DNA from: an uncultured Candidatus Binatia bacterium
Lineage (GTDB): Bacteria; Desulfobacterota; Binatia; UBA9968; JAJDTQ01
Direction of reading: 5' to 3'
NCBI GenBank assembly: GCA_965213675.1
Contig: OZ243916.1
Location: forward strand, 512,001-576,000
Length of the DNA: 64,000 bases
Part shown: positions 1 to 11,340 of the stretch, in pieces
How positions within the stretch are numbered: position 1 is the first letter of the stretch
How the letters are laid out: each line of letters opens with the position of its first letter
Notes under the pieces: generated by a model
Database searches by the model: none
Seen by the model: only the letters and a program-made list of their open reading frames with translations
Told to the model about the DNA's origin: nothing
Program-made: the position numbers and the translations under genes

Positions 1-183
1 GACGCCCACATCGGGCTCGTGTGGGGCCTGTCGCGCGGGCAGTATCTCAGCGCCGTGATGATTGCCGCGGCCGCAGTGTTCTTCTGGATGCTTCGGAAGC
101 GTTGGCGAACACGGCCCGGTGCATCCGGACGCGCATCCGCGCGAGGCGTGGCTACTCGTCCATCTCGCCGAAGTAGTCCCTGA
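1..183 (+). CDS. lgt: Prolipoprotein diacylglyceryl transferase, 3' end (partial)
   Basis: Frame 1 reads DAHIGLVWGLSRGQYLSAVMIAAAAVFFW...stop at 181-183, matching the Lgt C-terminal (P)D..G....LSxGQxLS motif plus a TM helix. Confidence 0.75.
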   Translation, partial: DAHIGLVWGLSRGQYLSAVMIAAAAVFFWMLRKRWRTRPGASGRASARGVATRPSRRSSP

Positions 184-397
184 GAATCCGCTCCTTTACG
201 TACTCCAGAGCGCCGAGATCGTGGAGAATGTCGCCGCCGGTGTCGTAAAAGAAGATGTCACCGTTCTTGTTGCGGCCCACCGCCATGAGCCACTCCAGCT
301 CGTCGCGGTCCTCGAGCAGGTAGTTGATGGTCTGGCTGGCGCCGTTGCTGTCGATGATGGTGACCTTCGGAGTTACCCGTTTCTTCGGCTGGGTCAT
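152..397 (-). CDS. Small acidic hypothetical protein (81 aa)
   Basis: ORF with GGAGG RBS and protein-like composition; no family recognised. Confidence 0.7.
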   Translation of the reverse strand: MTQPKKRVTPKVTIIDSNGASQTINYLLEDRDELEWLMAVGRNKNGDIFFYDTGGDILHDLGALEYVKERILRDYFGEMDE

Positions 398-497
398 TGA
401 TTCCTCCCGCCCCGGAGTCTACACCAGCGAGCGCCCCTGACTCAAGAGTCGATGGCGGCCCGAAACGCATGCGTGATCCGCTGGCCCTTGGTCCCGG

Positions 498-1793
498 TCA
501 TCGCGGGGCCTCGCGCACCGGCTCGTTTCGAACCATTTCCGCGATGGTTTCCACGTGGAACGTCTGGGGGAAGAGATCCATCGGCCGTACGCGCCGCAAT
601 GTGTAGCCGCGCGCCGCGAGCTCACGCAGGTCGCGCGCCAATGTGGCCGGGTCGCATGACACGTAGAGGATCTTGCCGGCTCCGAGCGCGGCCAAACCGG
701 GAGCGGCGCGCCTGGCCCCGGCGCGGGGCGGGTTGAGGACGATGGTGTGGAAGCGGCGTTTCTGGCGGGTGAATTCGTCCACGGCGTCCACGGCGTCCCG
801 GCGCTGCCAGCGGATATTGCCGAGGTCGTTGTCCGCGGCGTTGCGTTTGCCGCTGCGCACCAGCCGCGAGTTCGCTTCCACCGCGGTCACGCGGCGCGCC
901 CTCCGGGCGGCGGGCAGGGTGAGGTTGCCGGCGCCGGCGTACAACTCCAGCACGTCGTCCCCGGGCCCGAAGCCGGCCCAGGCCATCACCTCATCCACCA
1001 ACCGGCGGTTGCCCTCCGGGTTGACCTGGCTGAACGCGCTCGCGTCGTGGGTCAACCGCAGGTCGCCGTCCACGACGAAGGACAGGGCGGTCTCGCCCCA
1101 GCGCCGCTGCCATCCGGGTCCCGCCATCACGATTCCCGCCACCGCGCCGCCCACCAACCCGGCGCACGCATCGCCGTCGGCGCGCTGGTACGCTTGCCGG
1201 CTCTTGGCCGAGAGGATGACCTGCCCGGGGCGGTCGGCGCTCAGGACCTCCACCTCCGACACGTGCGCGGCCAGATGCCCGACCCATTGGGCGGCCAACT
1301 CGATGCCGCGCTCCGCGTCGGTTTCGGCGATGTGGCAGCCGCCCACCTCGACGATTTCCCGGGAGAACGCCCGGTGGAAACCCATCCGTCGCTCCCCGTC
1401 CACGTGCAGTACGATGCGGCGCCGGTAGTGGAACTCCCGGGGCGCCGGCAGGATGGGGAGGAGTTCGAAACCCGTGAGGCCGCCGACACGCGCCAGCGCG
1501 TCCGCGACGTTGCGTTGCTTGGCTTGAAGCTGCGTCTCGTAGGCCGCCTCCTGCCACGAGCACCCGCCGCACTCGCCGGCGTAAGGGCAGGGCGCCGTCC
1601 GTCGCGCCGGCGACGGTTCCACGACTGACGTGAGCCGGGCTACGGAGTAGCGCTTGTGTTCCTCCACCACGTCCACCTCCACCCGGTCCCCGGGCACGGT
1701 CAACGGGGTCAGGACGACCTTGCCGTCGCTCCGGCCGAGCCCGAAGGGACCGTGGGTAAGCGTGTCGATGGTCAGCGTGAGCCGGTTCGTCAT
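498..1793 (-). CDS. rlmD: 23S rRNA m5U methyltransferase (TrmA/RlmD family, TRAM domain)
   Basis: N-terminal TRAM domain, CPYAGECGGC Fe-S motif, AFSQVN, LELYAGAGNL, NPPRAG, YVSCDPATLARD, DLFPQTFHVE. Confidence 0.92.
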   Translation of the reverse strand: MTNRLTLTIDTLTHGPFGLGRSDGKVVLTPLTVPGDRVEVDVVEEHKRYSVARLTSVVEPSPARRTAPCPYAGECGGCSWQEAAYETQLQAKQRNVADALARVGGLTGFELLPILPAPREFHYRRRIVLHVDGERRMGFHRAFSREIVEVGGCHIAETDAERGIELAAQWVGHLAAHVSEVEVLSADRPGQVILSAKSRQAYQRADGDACAGLVGGAVAGIVMAGPGWQRRWGETALSFVVDGDLRLTHDASAFSQVNPEGNRRLVDEVMAWAGFGPGDDVLELYAGAGNLTLPAARRARRVTAVEANSRLVRSGKRNAADNDLGNIRWQRRDAVDAVDEFTRQKRRFHTIVLNPPRAGARRAAPGLAALGAGKILYVSCDPATLARDLRELAARGYTLRRVRPMDLFPQTFHVETIAEMVRNEPVREAPR

Positions 1794-1919
1794 GGTTTCT
1801 TGCCGAAGCCCTCGCCGGGCAGGACTTTGCCGGGCAGGGCATATGGGGTAGGAATTGGGAATTCCAGCGTACCGGTGTTCACGGGTTTACACCACCGGAT
1901 GGGAGGTCGCTTTTACGTC

Positions 1920-2285
1920 ATGGAACACGACCCACGCTTTCTCACCGCCATCGACGAGTTCAACCGCGGGCTTTACTATGAGGCTCACGAGACCCTGGAG
2001 CAGCTCTGGCTCGAGGACCACAGCCGGGAGCGGGAATTCTACCAAGGCATCATCCAGGTGGCCGCGGGCTACTTCAAGTGGGAGCAGGACGTGCCCCGGG
2101 GGGCGGTCAAGCTGTTGCGCTCGGCCGTCCGCAAGCTCGATCCCTACCGGCCCGCGTGCCTCGGCGTGGACATGAGGCGGTTCATGACGGACGTGGAAGC
2201 CGATCTGGCGGCCATGGAGGCCGCCTGCGTCGAGGGCGGCGTCGCCCCGGAACTGCGCATGCCGCGGTTGCCCCTCCCCGGTTGA
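1920..2285 (+). CDS. DUF309 family protein
   Basis: FNRGLYYEAHETLEQLW...YQGIIQVAAG signature; start moved to ATG 1920. Confidence 0.85.
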   Translation: MEHDPRFLTAIDEFNRGLYYEAHETLEQLWLEDHSREREFYQGIIQVAAGYFKWEQDVPRGAVKLLRSAVRKLDPYRPACLGVDMRRFMTDVEADLAAMEAACVEGGVAPELRMPRLPLPG

Positions 2286-2339
2286 CGCGCGGCGGACCCC
2301 AGGGCTTTCCCCGCCGCGCCGCGCGCCAGCAATCGCCCC

Positions 2340-3203
2340 ATGGCCATCCCCGCTCAAGTCATCGCCCTGTGCGCCTCGCTGTCCTACGCCTGCGTGCTCG
2401 TCACCTCGCGCCGGGGCATGCAGTATTCCACGCCCAAGACCGTCACGCTGATCTCGCTCATCGTCCACACGGTGAGCCTCTGGACCGCGGTGTTCGTCAC
2501 CGGCGGCATTCCTCCGGTGGACACGGTGGCCGTCTACGTCTTTGTCGTGGCCGGCATGCTCCAGCCCATCATCCGGTTGTTCACCTACACCGGCGTGCAC
2601 CGGGTGGGCGCGTCGCGCAGCGCCCCGATACGCTCGACGCATCCCATGTTCGGCGTGTGCGTGGCCGTCACGGTGTTGGGGGAGAGCGCCACCGTCCTGG
2701 TGCTCGCCGGGGTGGTCTCGGTGGTCTGCGGCATCGTGCTGATCACCTGGAAGCCCGCGGCCGAGGCGCGTTCATTCCGCTGGTGGGAGTTCCTGTTTCC
2801 GCTCACCGCCGCGCTGCTGGCGGGCATCGTCCACCCCATGCGCCGCTACGCCCTGGCCATCTCCCACGAGCCGCTGTTCTTCGCCGCGCTGGTGGGCATC
2901 GTCTCCCTGGTGTGCTTCCTTGCCTACATGCCGTTCAGCCGCGAGCCGCTGGTGTGGGACCGCCGCGCCATGCTGCCGTTCGTCGCCGCCGGCGCCGCCG
3001 AGACCTGCGGCATCCTGCTGGTGATCACCGCCCTGGGCGTGGGCAGCGTGGTCACGGTCTCGCCGCTGGTGGGCATCAGCCCGCTGTGGGTGCTGCTGGG
3101 AACCGTGATCTTTCTGAGGGACCTGGAGCAGGTGCGTCTTCGCACCGCCGCCGGCGCCCTCTGCGTCATCGCCGGTACCGCCGCCATCTCGCTGGGCGGG
3201 TAG
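2340..3203 (+). CDS. DMT/EamA family transporter
   Basis: About 10 TM helices in two repeats; G(A/S)SR..P and VSPLVGISPLW motifs. Confidence 0.85.
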   Translation: MAIPAQVIALCASLSYACVLVTSRRGMQYSTPKTVTLISLIVHTVSLWTAVFVTGGIPPVDTVAVYVFVVAGMLQPIIRLFTYTGVHRVGASRSAPIRSTHPMFGVCVAVTVLGESATVLVLAGVVSVVCGIVLITWKPAAEARSFRWWEFLFPLTAALLAGIVHPMRRYALAISHEPLFFAALVGIVSLVCFLAYMPFSREPLVWDRRAMLPFVAAGAAETCGILLVITALGVGSVVTVSPLVGISPLWVLLGTVIFLRDLEQVRLRTAAGALCVIAGTAAISLGG

Positions 3204-3220
3204 AGGGAAGCCTGCGAATG

Positions 3221-3302
3221 CTGGATTTCCGCTTCCGCGGGAATGACGCATTCGTCACGTTCTCGTCTGATGCGTGTCATGCCGCCTCGTCCGCAGGAAT
3301 CA
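3221..3302. repeat. REP/dRS3-like short palindromes between convergent genes
   Basis: CTGGATTTCCGCTTCCGCGGGAATGAC (3221-3247) resembles the widespread CTGGATTCCCGC..GCGGGAATGAC repeat; a degenerate inverse copy lies near 3276-3302. Confidence 0.55.
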
Positions 3303-3311
3303 CGTCGGAGT

Positions 3312-4604
3312 TCATGCGTTCGCCTGAGCGGCGTTCACCCGCGCGAGCCAGGGCTTGCTGAGGCACATGTAGAGACCGGCAGAGATCAGATACAGGACGG
3401 CGATGCCCAGAAGCGCGGGCCCGTAGCTCTGGGTGGCGTCGAAGATGGCGCCCGCCAGGGCGGGTCCGAACAGGCCGCCCCACTGGTAGAAGAAGCCCAT
3501 GTTGCCGCGCACCTTGGCGAAGTGGCGGCGCCCGTAGAGGTCGCCCACCATGGCCCAGGTCACCGGGAACACGGCTTCCACCAGGGAGAATAGGGGCAGG
3601 ACGAGCCAGATCCATCGCAGGTCCTGGGCGTAGGTGAGCAGGACGAGCGCGCCGGCCGCCAACACCATGCACACGGCCATGAGCCGGGCCTTGTTGAACC
3701 GGTCCGAGAGCCAGCCCACCGTGAGATGGGTGGGAAGCGACAGCGCCGCGAAGGCGCCGAGGAAACGGCTGGCAGTCAGTTCACCGACGCCCTTCCACAC
3801 GAGGATCGGCACGAACGCCTGGATGACCGTGGTGAGGCCCAGTACGCGGAAGAGCGTCGCGAGCACGAGCAGCCAGAAGGGCGAGCCGCGCAGCGCCTCC
3901 CAGATACCCACGTCGCGGTCGGCCGTGGCTCCGGCCGTCCGGCCGGCGGCGGACGCATTTCTGGAGGGGGTGGCTCCGTCCGGGGACAGGCCCATGTCCT
4001 CGGGGGAGCGGCGCACCATGGCCGCAAGCGGCGTCCCCAGGCACAGGAAGGCGGCGCCGGCGAACACCATCCCCCAGCGCCACCCGTAATGGTGCACGAC
4101 ATAGGCAAGGACGGGCGCCAGCAGGGCGCCGCCGACGCCGATGGCGGAGCTCACAAGGGCCATGGCGCGGCCGCGGTAACGGATGAACCAGCTATTGGCC
4201 AGCACCATGGGGCAGTGCATGAAACCCGCGCCAAAGGCCAGCGAGACCACCCCCAGGTAGATGACCAGCAGGGTCCAGTAGGACTCGACCCAGTAAAGGA
4301 AGATATAGCCCAGTCCGGTGAGCAGCACCGCCGCCATCATGATGGGCCGCGGCCCCACGCGGTCGATGAGATAGCCCGCCAAGGGGCCCTCCAGGGCGCC
4401 TTCGGCACGGGCCAAGCCGAACACCAGGCCCGTGGCGGCGCGGCTGACGCCCAGGTCCTTGCCCAGGGGCAGCACGAAGACGGTAAATCCGTAGAAGTGG
4501 AAGCCGCCACCGAGAATCCGGAAGAGACAGCCCACCAGCACCATCCGCCAGCCGTAGAACGAGAGATGGTTGCGGCACCACTGGACGGGATTGTGCAAGC
4601 GCAT
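3312..4604 (-). CDS. MFS transporter (OFA/MCT-like)
   Basis: 12-TM pattern, GYLIDRVGPR motif A, GWLSDRF, YGRRHFA. Confidence 0.88.
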   Translation of the reverse strand: MRLHNPVQWCRNHLSFYGWRMVLVGCLFRILGGGFHFYGFTVFVLPLGKDLGVSRAATGLVFGLARAEGALEGPLAGYLIDRVGPRPIMMAAVLLTGLGYIFLYWVESYWTLLVIYLGVVSLAFGAGFMHCPMVLANSWFIRYRGRAMALVSSAIGVGGALLAPVLAYVVHHYGWRWGMVFAGAAFLCLGTPLAAMVRRSPEDMGLSPDGATPSRNASAAGRTAGATADRDVGIWEALRGSPFWLLVLATLFRVLGLTTVIQAFVPILVWKGVGELTASRFLGAFAALSLPTHLTVGWLSDRFNKARLMAVCMVLAAGALVLLTYAQDLRWIWLVLPLFSLVEAVFPVTWAMVGDLYGRRHFAKVRGNMGFFYQWGGLFGPALAGAIFDATQSYGPALLGIAVLYLISAGLYMCLSKPWLARVNAAQANA

Positions 4605-4626
4605 GCGAGGTTTCGCCGGGCCGGGG

Positions 4627-5082
4627 TCAGGGGGCGTCGCCTGTCACATCGCCGCCGATCATCCTGCCGATGAGTTCGGTGATGTCGGGCGGCGATTCCG
4701 TGTCGCGGATGCGGCCGCCGTTGGGAACGTGGCGGTCCGATGCTCCGGGGGAGATGGCAATGAACTTGTCGCCGATGAGGCCCCGGGCCCGCACCGAGGC
4801 GATGGCGTCTTCCTGGATGGCCACGCCCGGGTCGATGCGCAAGGCCAGGCGCGCGCGATCCTCCACCAAGGTCAGGGAGTCCACCCGGCCGATGCCGACG
4901 CCGGCGATTTCCACCGAGTCGCCCCGGCGCAGCCCCGCCACGTTGGCGAAGTCCGCGAACACGACGTATCCCGAGTTGCCGAAGGCTTCGAGCTTGCCCA
5001 GGCGGATGGCGAGATAGCCGGCGCACAGGAGGCCCGCTACCACGAAGAGGCCGACGACGACTTCCGTAGCTTTGTGTTTCAC
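4627..5082 (-). CDS. mlaD: Outer-membrane lipid asymmetry MCE protein
   Basis: N-terminal TM, FANVAGLRRGDSVEIAGVGIGRV, GLIGDKFIAISPG. Confidence 0.92.
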   Translation of the reverse strand: MKHKATEVVVGLFVVAGLLCAGYLAIRLGKLEAFGNSGYVVFADFANVAGLRRGDSVEIAGVGIGRVDSLTLVEDRARLALRIDPGVAIQEDAIASVRARGLIGDKFIAISPGASDRHVPNGGRIRDTESPPDITELIGRMIGGDVTGDAP

Positions 5083-5819
5083 TGATCCGCCTCCTCGGCA
5101 TCACCGTCCAGGAACCGCCGTACCAGCGGATTTTGCGATCGAAGGAACTCCGCCACGGGGCCGGTCTCGACGATGACCCCGTCGGCCAACATAGCGACGC
5201 GGTGTGATATTGTAAATACTTCCGGGATGTCGTGGCTGACGACGACGCCGGTGAAGCCGAGTTGGCTCTGCATGGCGGCGATGAGCTGGTGGATGCTCCG
5301 TCCCAGGCGCGGGTCGAGGCCGGTGGTGGGCTCGTCGAAGAGCACGATCCCGGGATCGGTCACCAGCGCGCGCGCGAACCCGGCGCGTTTCTTCATGCCG
5401 CCGCTCACCTCCGCCGGGTACTTGTAGCCCATGTCCTTGAGCCCCACCTGTTCGAGCCGGTCCCGCACCTTGCGTCCGATGGCGTCCTCCCCCAGGCGCG
5501 TCCTCTCGCGCAGCGGGAAGGCGACGTTGTCGAAGATCGTCATGGAGTCGAGCAGGGCGGCGCCCTGGAACAGGAACCCGAAGTTGCGGCGCATCTCGTT
5601 CAGGCGCCGTTGTCCCAGGCGGGTGAGGTCGGCGCCGTCCACGAGCACGCGCCCGCTGTCGGGGAGCAGCAGCGCGATCATGGTCTTGAGCAGCACCGTC
5701 TTGCCGCTGCCGCTGCCGCCGATGATCGTGGTAATGCGGCCGTCCTCGGTGGTCAGGTTGGCGCCCTTCAGGACCTCCTGACGGCCGAAGCTCTTGTGGA
5801 CGTCGATGACCTGAATCAT
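5079..5819 (-). CDS. mlaF: Mla ABC transporter ATPase
   Basis: GGSGSGKT, FQGAALLDSMT, SGGMKKRAGFARAL, DEPTTGLDP. Confidence 0.92.
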   Translation of the reverse strand: MIQVIDVHKSFGRQEVLKGANLTTEDGRITTIIGGSGSGKTVLLKTMIALLLPDSGRVLVDGADLTRLGQRRLNEMRRNFGFLFQGAALLDSMTIFDNVAFPLRERTRLGEDAIGRKVRDRLEQVGLKDMGYKYPAEVSGGMKKRAGFARALVTDPGIVLFDEPTTGLDPRLGRSIHQLIAAMQSQLGFTGVVVSHDIPEVFTISHRVAMLADGVIVETGPVAEFLRSQNPLVRRFLDGDAEEADQ

Positions 5820-5873
5820 GGGCCGCTCCGGACCGGCCGGCGTGTGGGTCGTGGCAACGAAGTTTCCATGGGA

Positions 5874-6644
5874 CTACAGCAGCAACGAGGTCAGGAAATA
5901 GTCCGACAGGAGGATCAACACGAACGACAGCACCACCGCCTCGGTGGTGGCGCGCCCTACTCCCGTGGCCATGGGGATGGCGTGGAACCCCTTGTAGCAG
6001 CATACCCAACTGATGATGACGCCGAAGGCGGCGGACTTGAGCCATCCCTCGCCCACGTCCCGGAACCGCACGCTCTGCTCCATGCCGGCTATGTAGCCGC
6101 CCGAACCCAGGTCCAGCATGCCTACGCCCACCACGTAGGCGCCGAGAATGCCGATGACGTTGAATATGGAGGTGAGAAGCGGCATGACGATGAGGCCCGC
6201 GAGGACGCGCGGCGCGACCAGGTACTTCACGGGATTGATGGCCATGGAATGCATGGCATCGATCTGCTCGGTGACGCGCATGGACGCCAGTTCCGCGGCC
6301 ATGGCCGACCCGGTGCGGCCGGTGACCATGAAGGCCGACAGCACCGGCCCCAGCTCGCGCAACAGGCTCAGAGCCACCACCGCCCCGAGGAAGCTCTCGG
6401 CGTTGAACTTGCGCAGGCTGTAGTAGCCCTGGAGTCCCAGCACCATGCCGGTGAACAGGCCCGAGAGCAGCACCACCAGCAGCGAGTCCACCCCGATGGC
6501 GCGGATCTGTTGCAGGATGAGGCGGACCTTGGCCGGCGGGCGCAACGCCCACAGCAGCGCGGACCCGAGGAAGATCACGCCCCGGCCCATCCCGGCCAGA
6601 TGGTCGAGGGTCCGGGCGCCGATGCTGGCGAAAAGTGTGGTCAT
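5874..6644 (-). CDS. mlaE: Mla ABC transporter permease
   Basis: RELGPVL, GRTGSAMAAELASMRVTEQIDAM, GVGRATTEAVV. Confidence 0.93.
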   Translation of the reverse strand: MTTLFASIGARTLDHLAGMGRGVIFLGSALLWALRPPAKVRLILQQIRAIGVDSLLVVLLSGLFTGMVLGLQGYYSLRKFNAESFLGAVVALSLLRELGPVLSAFMVTGRTGSAMAAELASMRVTEQIDAMHSMAINPVKYLVAPRVLAGLIVMPLLTSIFNVIGILGAYVVGVGMLDLGSGGYIAGMEQSVRFRDVGEGWLKSAAFGVIISWVCCYKGFHAIPMATGVGRATTEAVVLSFVLILLSDYFLTSLLL

Positions 6645-6767
6645 GCGGAGGGTTCAACCCGTTCCGGGCGCGCCCCGGCCCGCGCGACGGTTGTTTTGAA
6701 CGAACTGGTATCTGCGGCTTTCTTTGGCCATGTGCGATCCTCTTGCAACCGAGAATCGGCCACCCTC

Positions 6768-7550
6768 ATGGACTCTTTCATCTTAGACGACAAGCAGCGC
6801 TCCGCCAAACTCGAAACCGTGGACCGGGTGTTCGACGGAAGGGTCGCGGTGGTGCAGCGGCGGGACGGTTACCGGTTCTCGCTGGATTCCCTGCTGCTGG
6901 CGCGTTTCGTCGAGGTGCGGGGGCGCGAGCGCATCGTCGACCTGGGGACGGGCAACGGCGTGGTGGCGCTGTCCCTTGCCGTGTTGCATGGCGCGGTGGA
7001 GGCCGTGGGCGTGGAGCTTCAGCCGGGCATGGTGGAGCGGGCGTTGCGCGGCGTCACGCTGAACGGTCTCGAAGAACGGGTGCGCATGGTGCCGGGGGAC
7101 GTGCGCGCGTTGGACGCGATTCCGGGCTCCGGGAAATTCGATGTCGCGGCATGCAATCCACCGTACCGTCCGCCCCGGAGCGGCCGGGTGAGCGCCGGCG
7201 CCGAACGGCTGCTGGCCAGACACGAGGTGGAGGGCGGACTCGATGACTTCGTGCGCGCCGGGGCCTGTTTGCTGCGGCACCGGGGTCGGATGTGTCTGGT
7301 GTATCCCGCGGCAAGGGCCATGGAGCTGTTCACCGTGATGCGCGGGCACGGTCTCGAGCCCCGGCGCGTCCGCTTCGTCCATTCGTTCGCCGATGCTGCG
7401 GCGAGTCTCGTGTTGGCGGAGGGCATCAAGGGAGCGCGGTCGGATCTTTCCGTGGCGCCGCCGCTGGTCGTCTATCGCGGCCAGGACGAATACACGGACG
7501 AGATGGCGCGGTGGCTGAACCCGCCGGCCCCGTCGCGGCCCCGGCCTTGA
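6768..7550 (+). CDS. tRNA1(Val) m6A37 methyltransferase family (YfiC/TrmN6)
   Basis: GYRFSLDSLLLARF, DLGTGNG, CNPPY, ARHE; true start ATG 6768 lies inside the long track ORF. Confidence 0.85.
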   Translation: MDSFILDDKQRSAKLETVDRVFDGRVAVVQRRDGYRFSLDSLLLARFVEVRGRERIVDLGTGNGVVALSLAVLHGAVEAVGVELQPGMVERALRGVTLNGLEERVRMVPGDVRALDAIPGSGKFDVAACNPPYRPPRSGRVSAGAERLLARHEVEGGLDDFVRAGACLLRHRGRMCLVYPAARAMELFTVMRGHGLEPRRVRFVHSFADAAASLVLAEGIKGARSDLSVAPPLVVYRGQDEYTDEMARWLNPPAPSRPRP

Positions 7551-7555
7551 ATCGG

Positions 7556-7570
7556 CAGACACCACACCAG
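7556..7570 (+). repeat. Solo right end of the 160-bp MITE family
   Basis: CAGACACCACACCAG matches 14/15 of the MITE end CAGACACCACACTAG; lies just after a stop codon. Confidence 0.45.
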
Positions 7571-7640
7571 GGGGATGCGCCGGGTTATCGTGCGATGCGG
7601 ACGGGATGGATGTCGTTGGGGAAAACGTCCCGCGGCAGCG

Positions 7641-8087
7641 TCAACCTCGTTTTCGCAGGTGGTTCAGCAGCAGGCCCCGCAAGGAGTTCCGCAACTCCGG
7701 GTCGTCGATGCGGTTCAGTGCCTGCTCGGGAAGCCGCGTCGTGTCCACCGCGGGAAGTTCGACGGGATTGACCGACTCTTCCCGCGGCGGCGCATCGGCG
7801 GTCACTTCCCCCAACACGAAGAAGATGCGGGTGATGGCCGCGCGCCCCAGCCGCCGGTTGAGCTTCTCCAGCATGATGTCCCGCATGTAGTGGAGTTGCT
7901 GCATCCAGGCGGGAGCGCGCACGCGCACGAAAAGGGTGCCGTCGCGCAGCTTTTCCGGACGGGCGTTGCGCGCGACGGCCCGGCCGACGGTCTCGTCCCA
8001 CACCGTCCAGACCGCGTAGTCCTCAAGACGGCGGCTGAGGGGCAGCCGCTTCACCGTGCGGTCGACAATGTCGCCAAGTCGTTCCAT
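7641..8087 (-). CDS. dciA: DUF721 / DciA replicative helicase loader family
   Basis: WDETVGRAVARNARPEKLRDGTLFVRVRAPAWMQQL is typical of DUF721. Confidence 0.8.
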   Translation of the reverse strand: MERLGDIVDRTVKRLPLSRRLEDYAVWTVWDETVGRAVARNARPEKLRDGTLFVRVRAPAWMQQLHYMRDIMLEKLNRRLGRAAITRIFFVLGEVTADAPPREESVNPVELPAVDTTRLPEQALNRIDDPELRNSLRGLLLNHLRKRG

Positions 8088-8194
8088 CGTTCACCGGCCG
8101 TGCGCGCTTCCGGGGCGCGGGCTGTCGCCCCGGATCGCCGTCATGTTAGCCCGCGGCGCCTCTCCGGTTCAAGCGCGCGGGCACGGAACTTTAC

Positions 8195-8223
8195 TTGACA
8201 GCACAACATGTGGTAGGTACTCT
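8195..8223 (+). promoter_or_regulatory. Sigma70 promoter of nrdJ
   Basis: TTGACA (8195-8200), 17-bp spacer, TACTCT (8218-8223). Confidence 0.75.
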
Positions 8224-8248
8224 GGGCGTTCAACACAACATCGAGGAG
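8201..8248 (+). promoter_or_regulatory. Tandem NrdR boxes
   Basis: GCACAACATGTGGTAG (8201-8216) and ACACAACATCGAGGAG (8233-8248), 32 bp apart; both resemble acaCwAtATaTwGtgt and lie upstream of an RNR gene. Confidence 0.75.
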
Positions 8249-8279
8249 TTATCCACAGCCCATCCACAGTGGATCCACA
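8249..8279 (+). promoter_or_regulatory. Three phased DnaA-box(-like) sites
   Basis: Perfect TTATCCACA (8249-8257), then CCATCCACA (8260-8268) and GGATCCACA (8271-8279), at an 11-bp period. Confidence 0.65.
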
Positions 8280-8348
8280 ACGCGCCAACAGCGAATGTCC
8301 CACGAGGCGAACGCCCCACGACATTCCATCATCCAAGGGGGAGCAGTC

Positions 8349-11084
<2,736 letters not shown>

Positions 11085-11340
11085 GACTGAGGCGCTTGTG
11101 CCGTGGAGGTGGGCGCCAACCAGGGAACTCACTTTTCGTCATCCCAGTCGAACTCAGGCGCCTCTGAAACCTTCCTTGCTGTGTGCCGTTTGTCCACAAG
11201 TGTTGGGTTCATCCGCAGGGCGATTGCGGCGGCTGCATTTGACAGGGAACCACACGCGGCAGGTGCTGCGCTGTTCAGCGGCTCCATCCCGGCCCGGGTT
11301 GTTCAACACCGGCCAGGGAGCGATGAACCTGAAGTCTGAT

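Noticed and set aside
8249-8279. oriC
   Set aside because: Only one perfect DnaA box, no AT-rich unwinding element and no dnaA/dnaN nearby; better explained as promoter regulation
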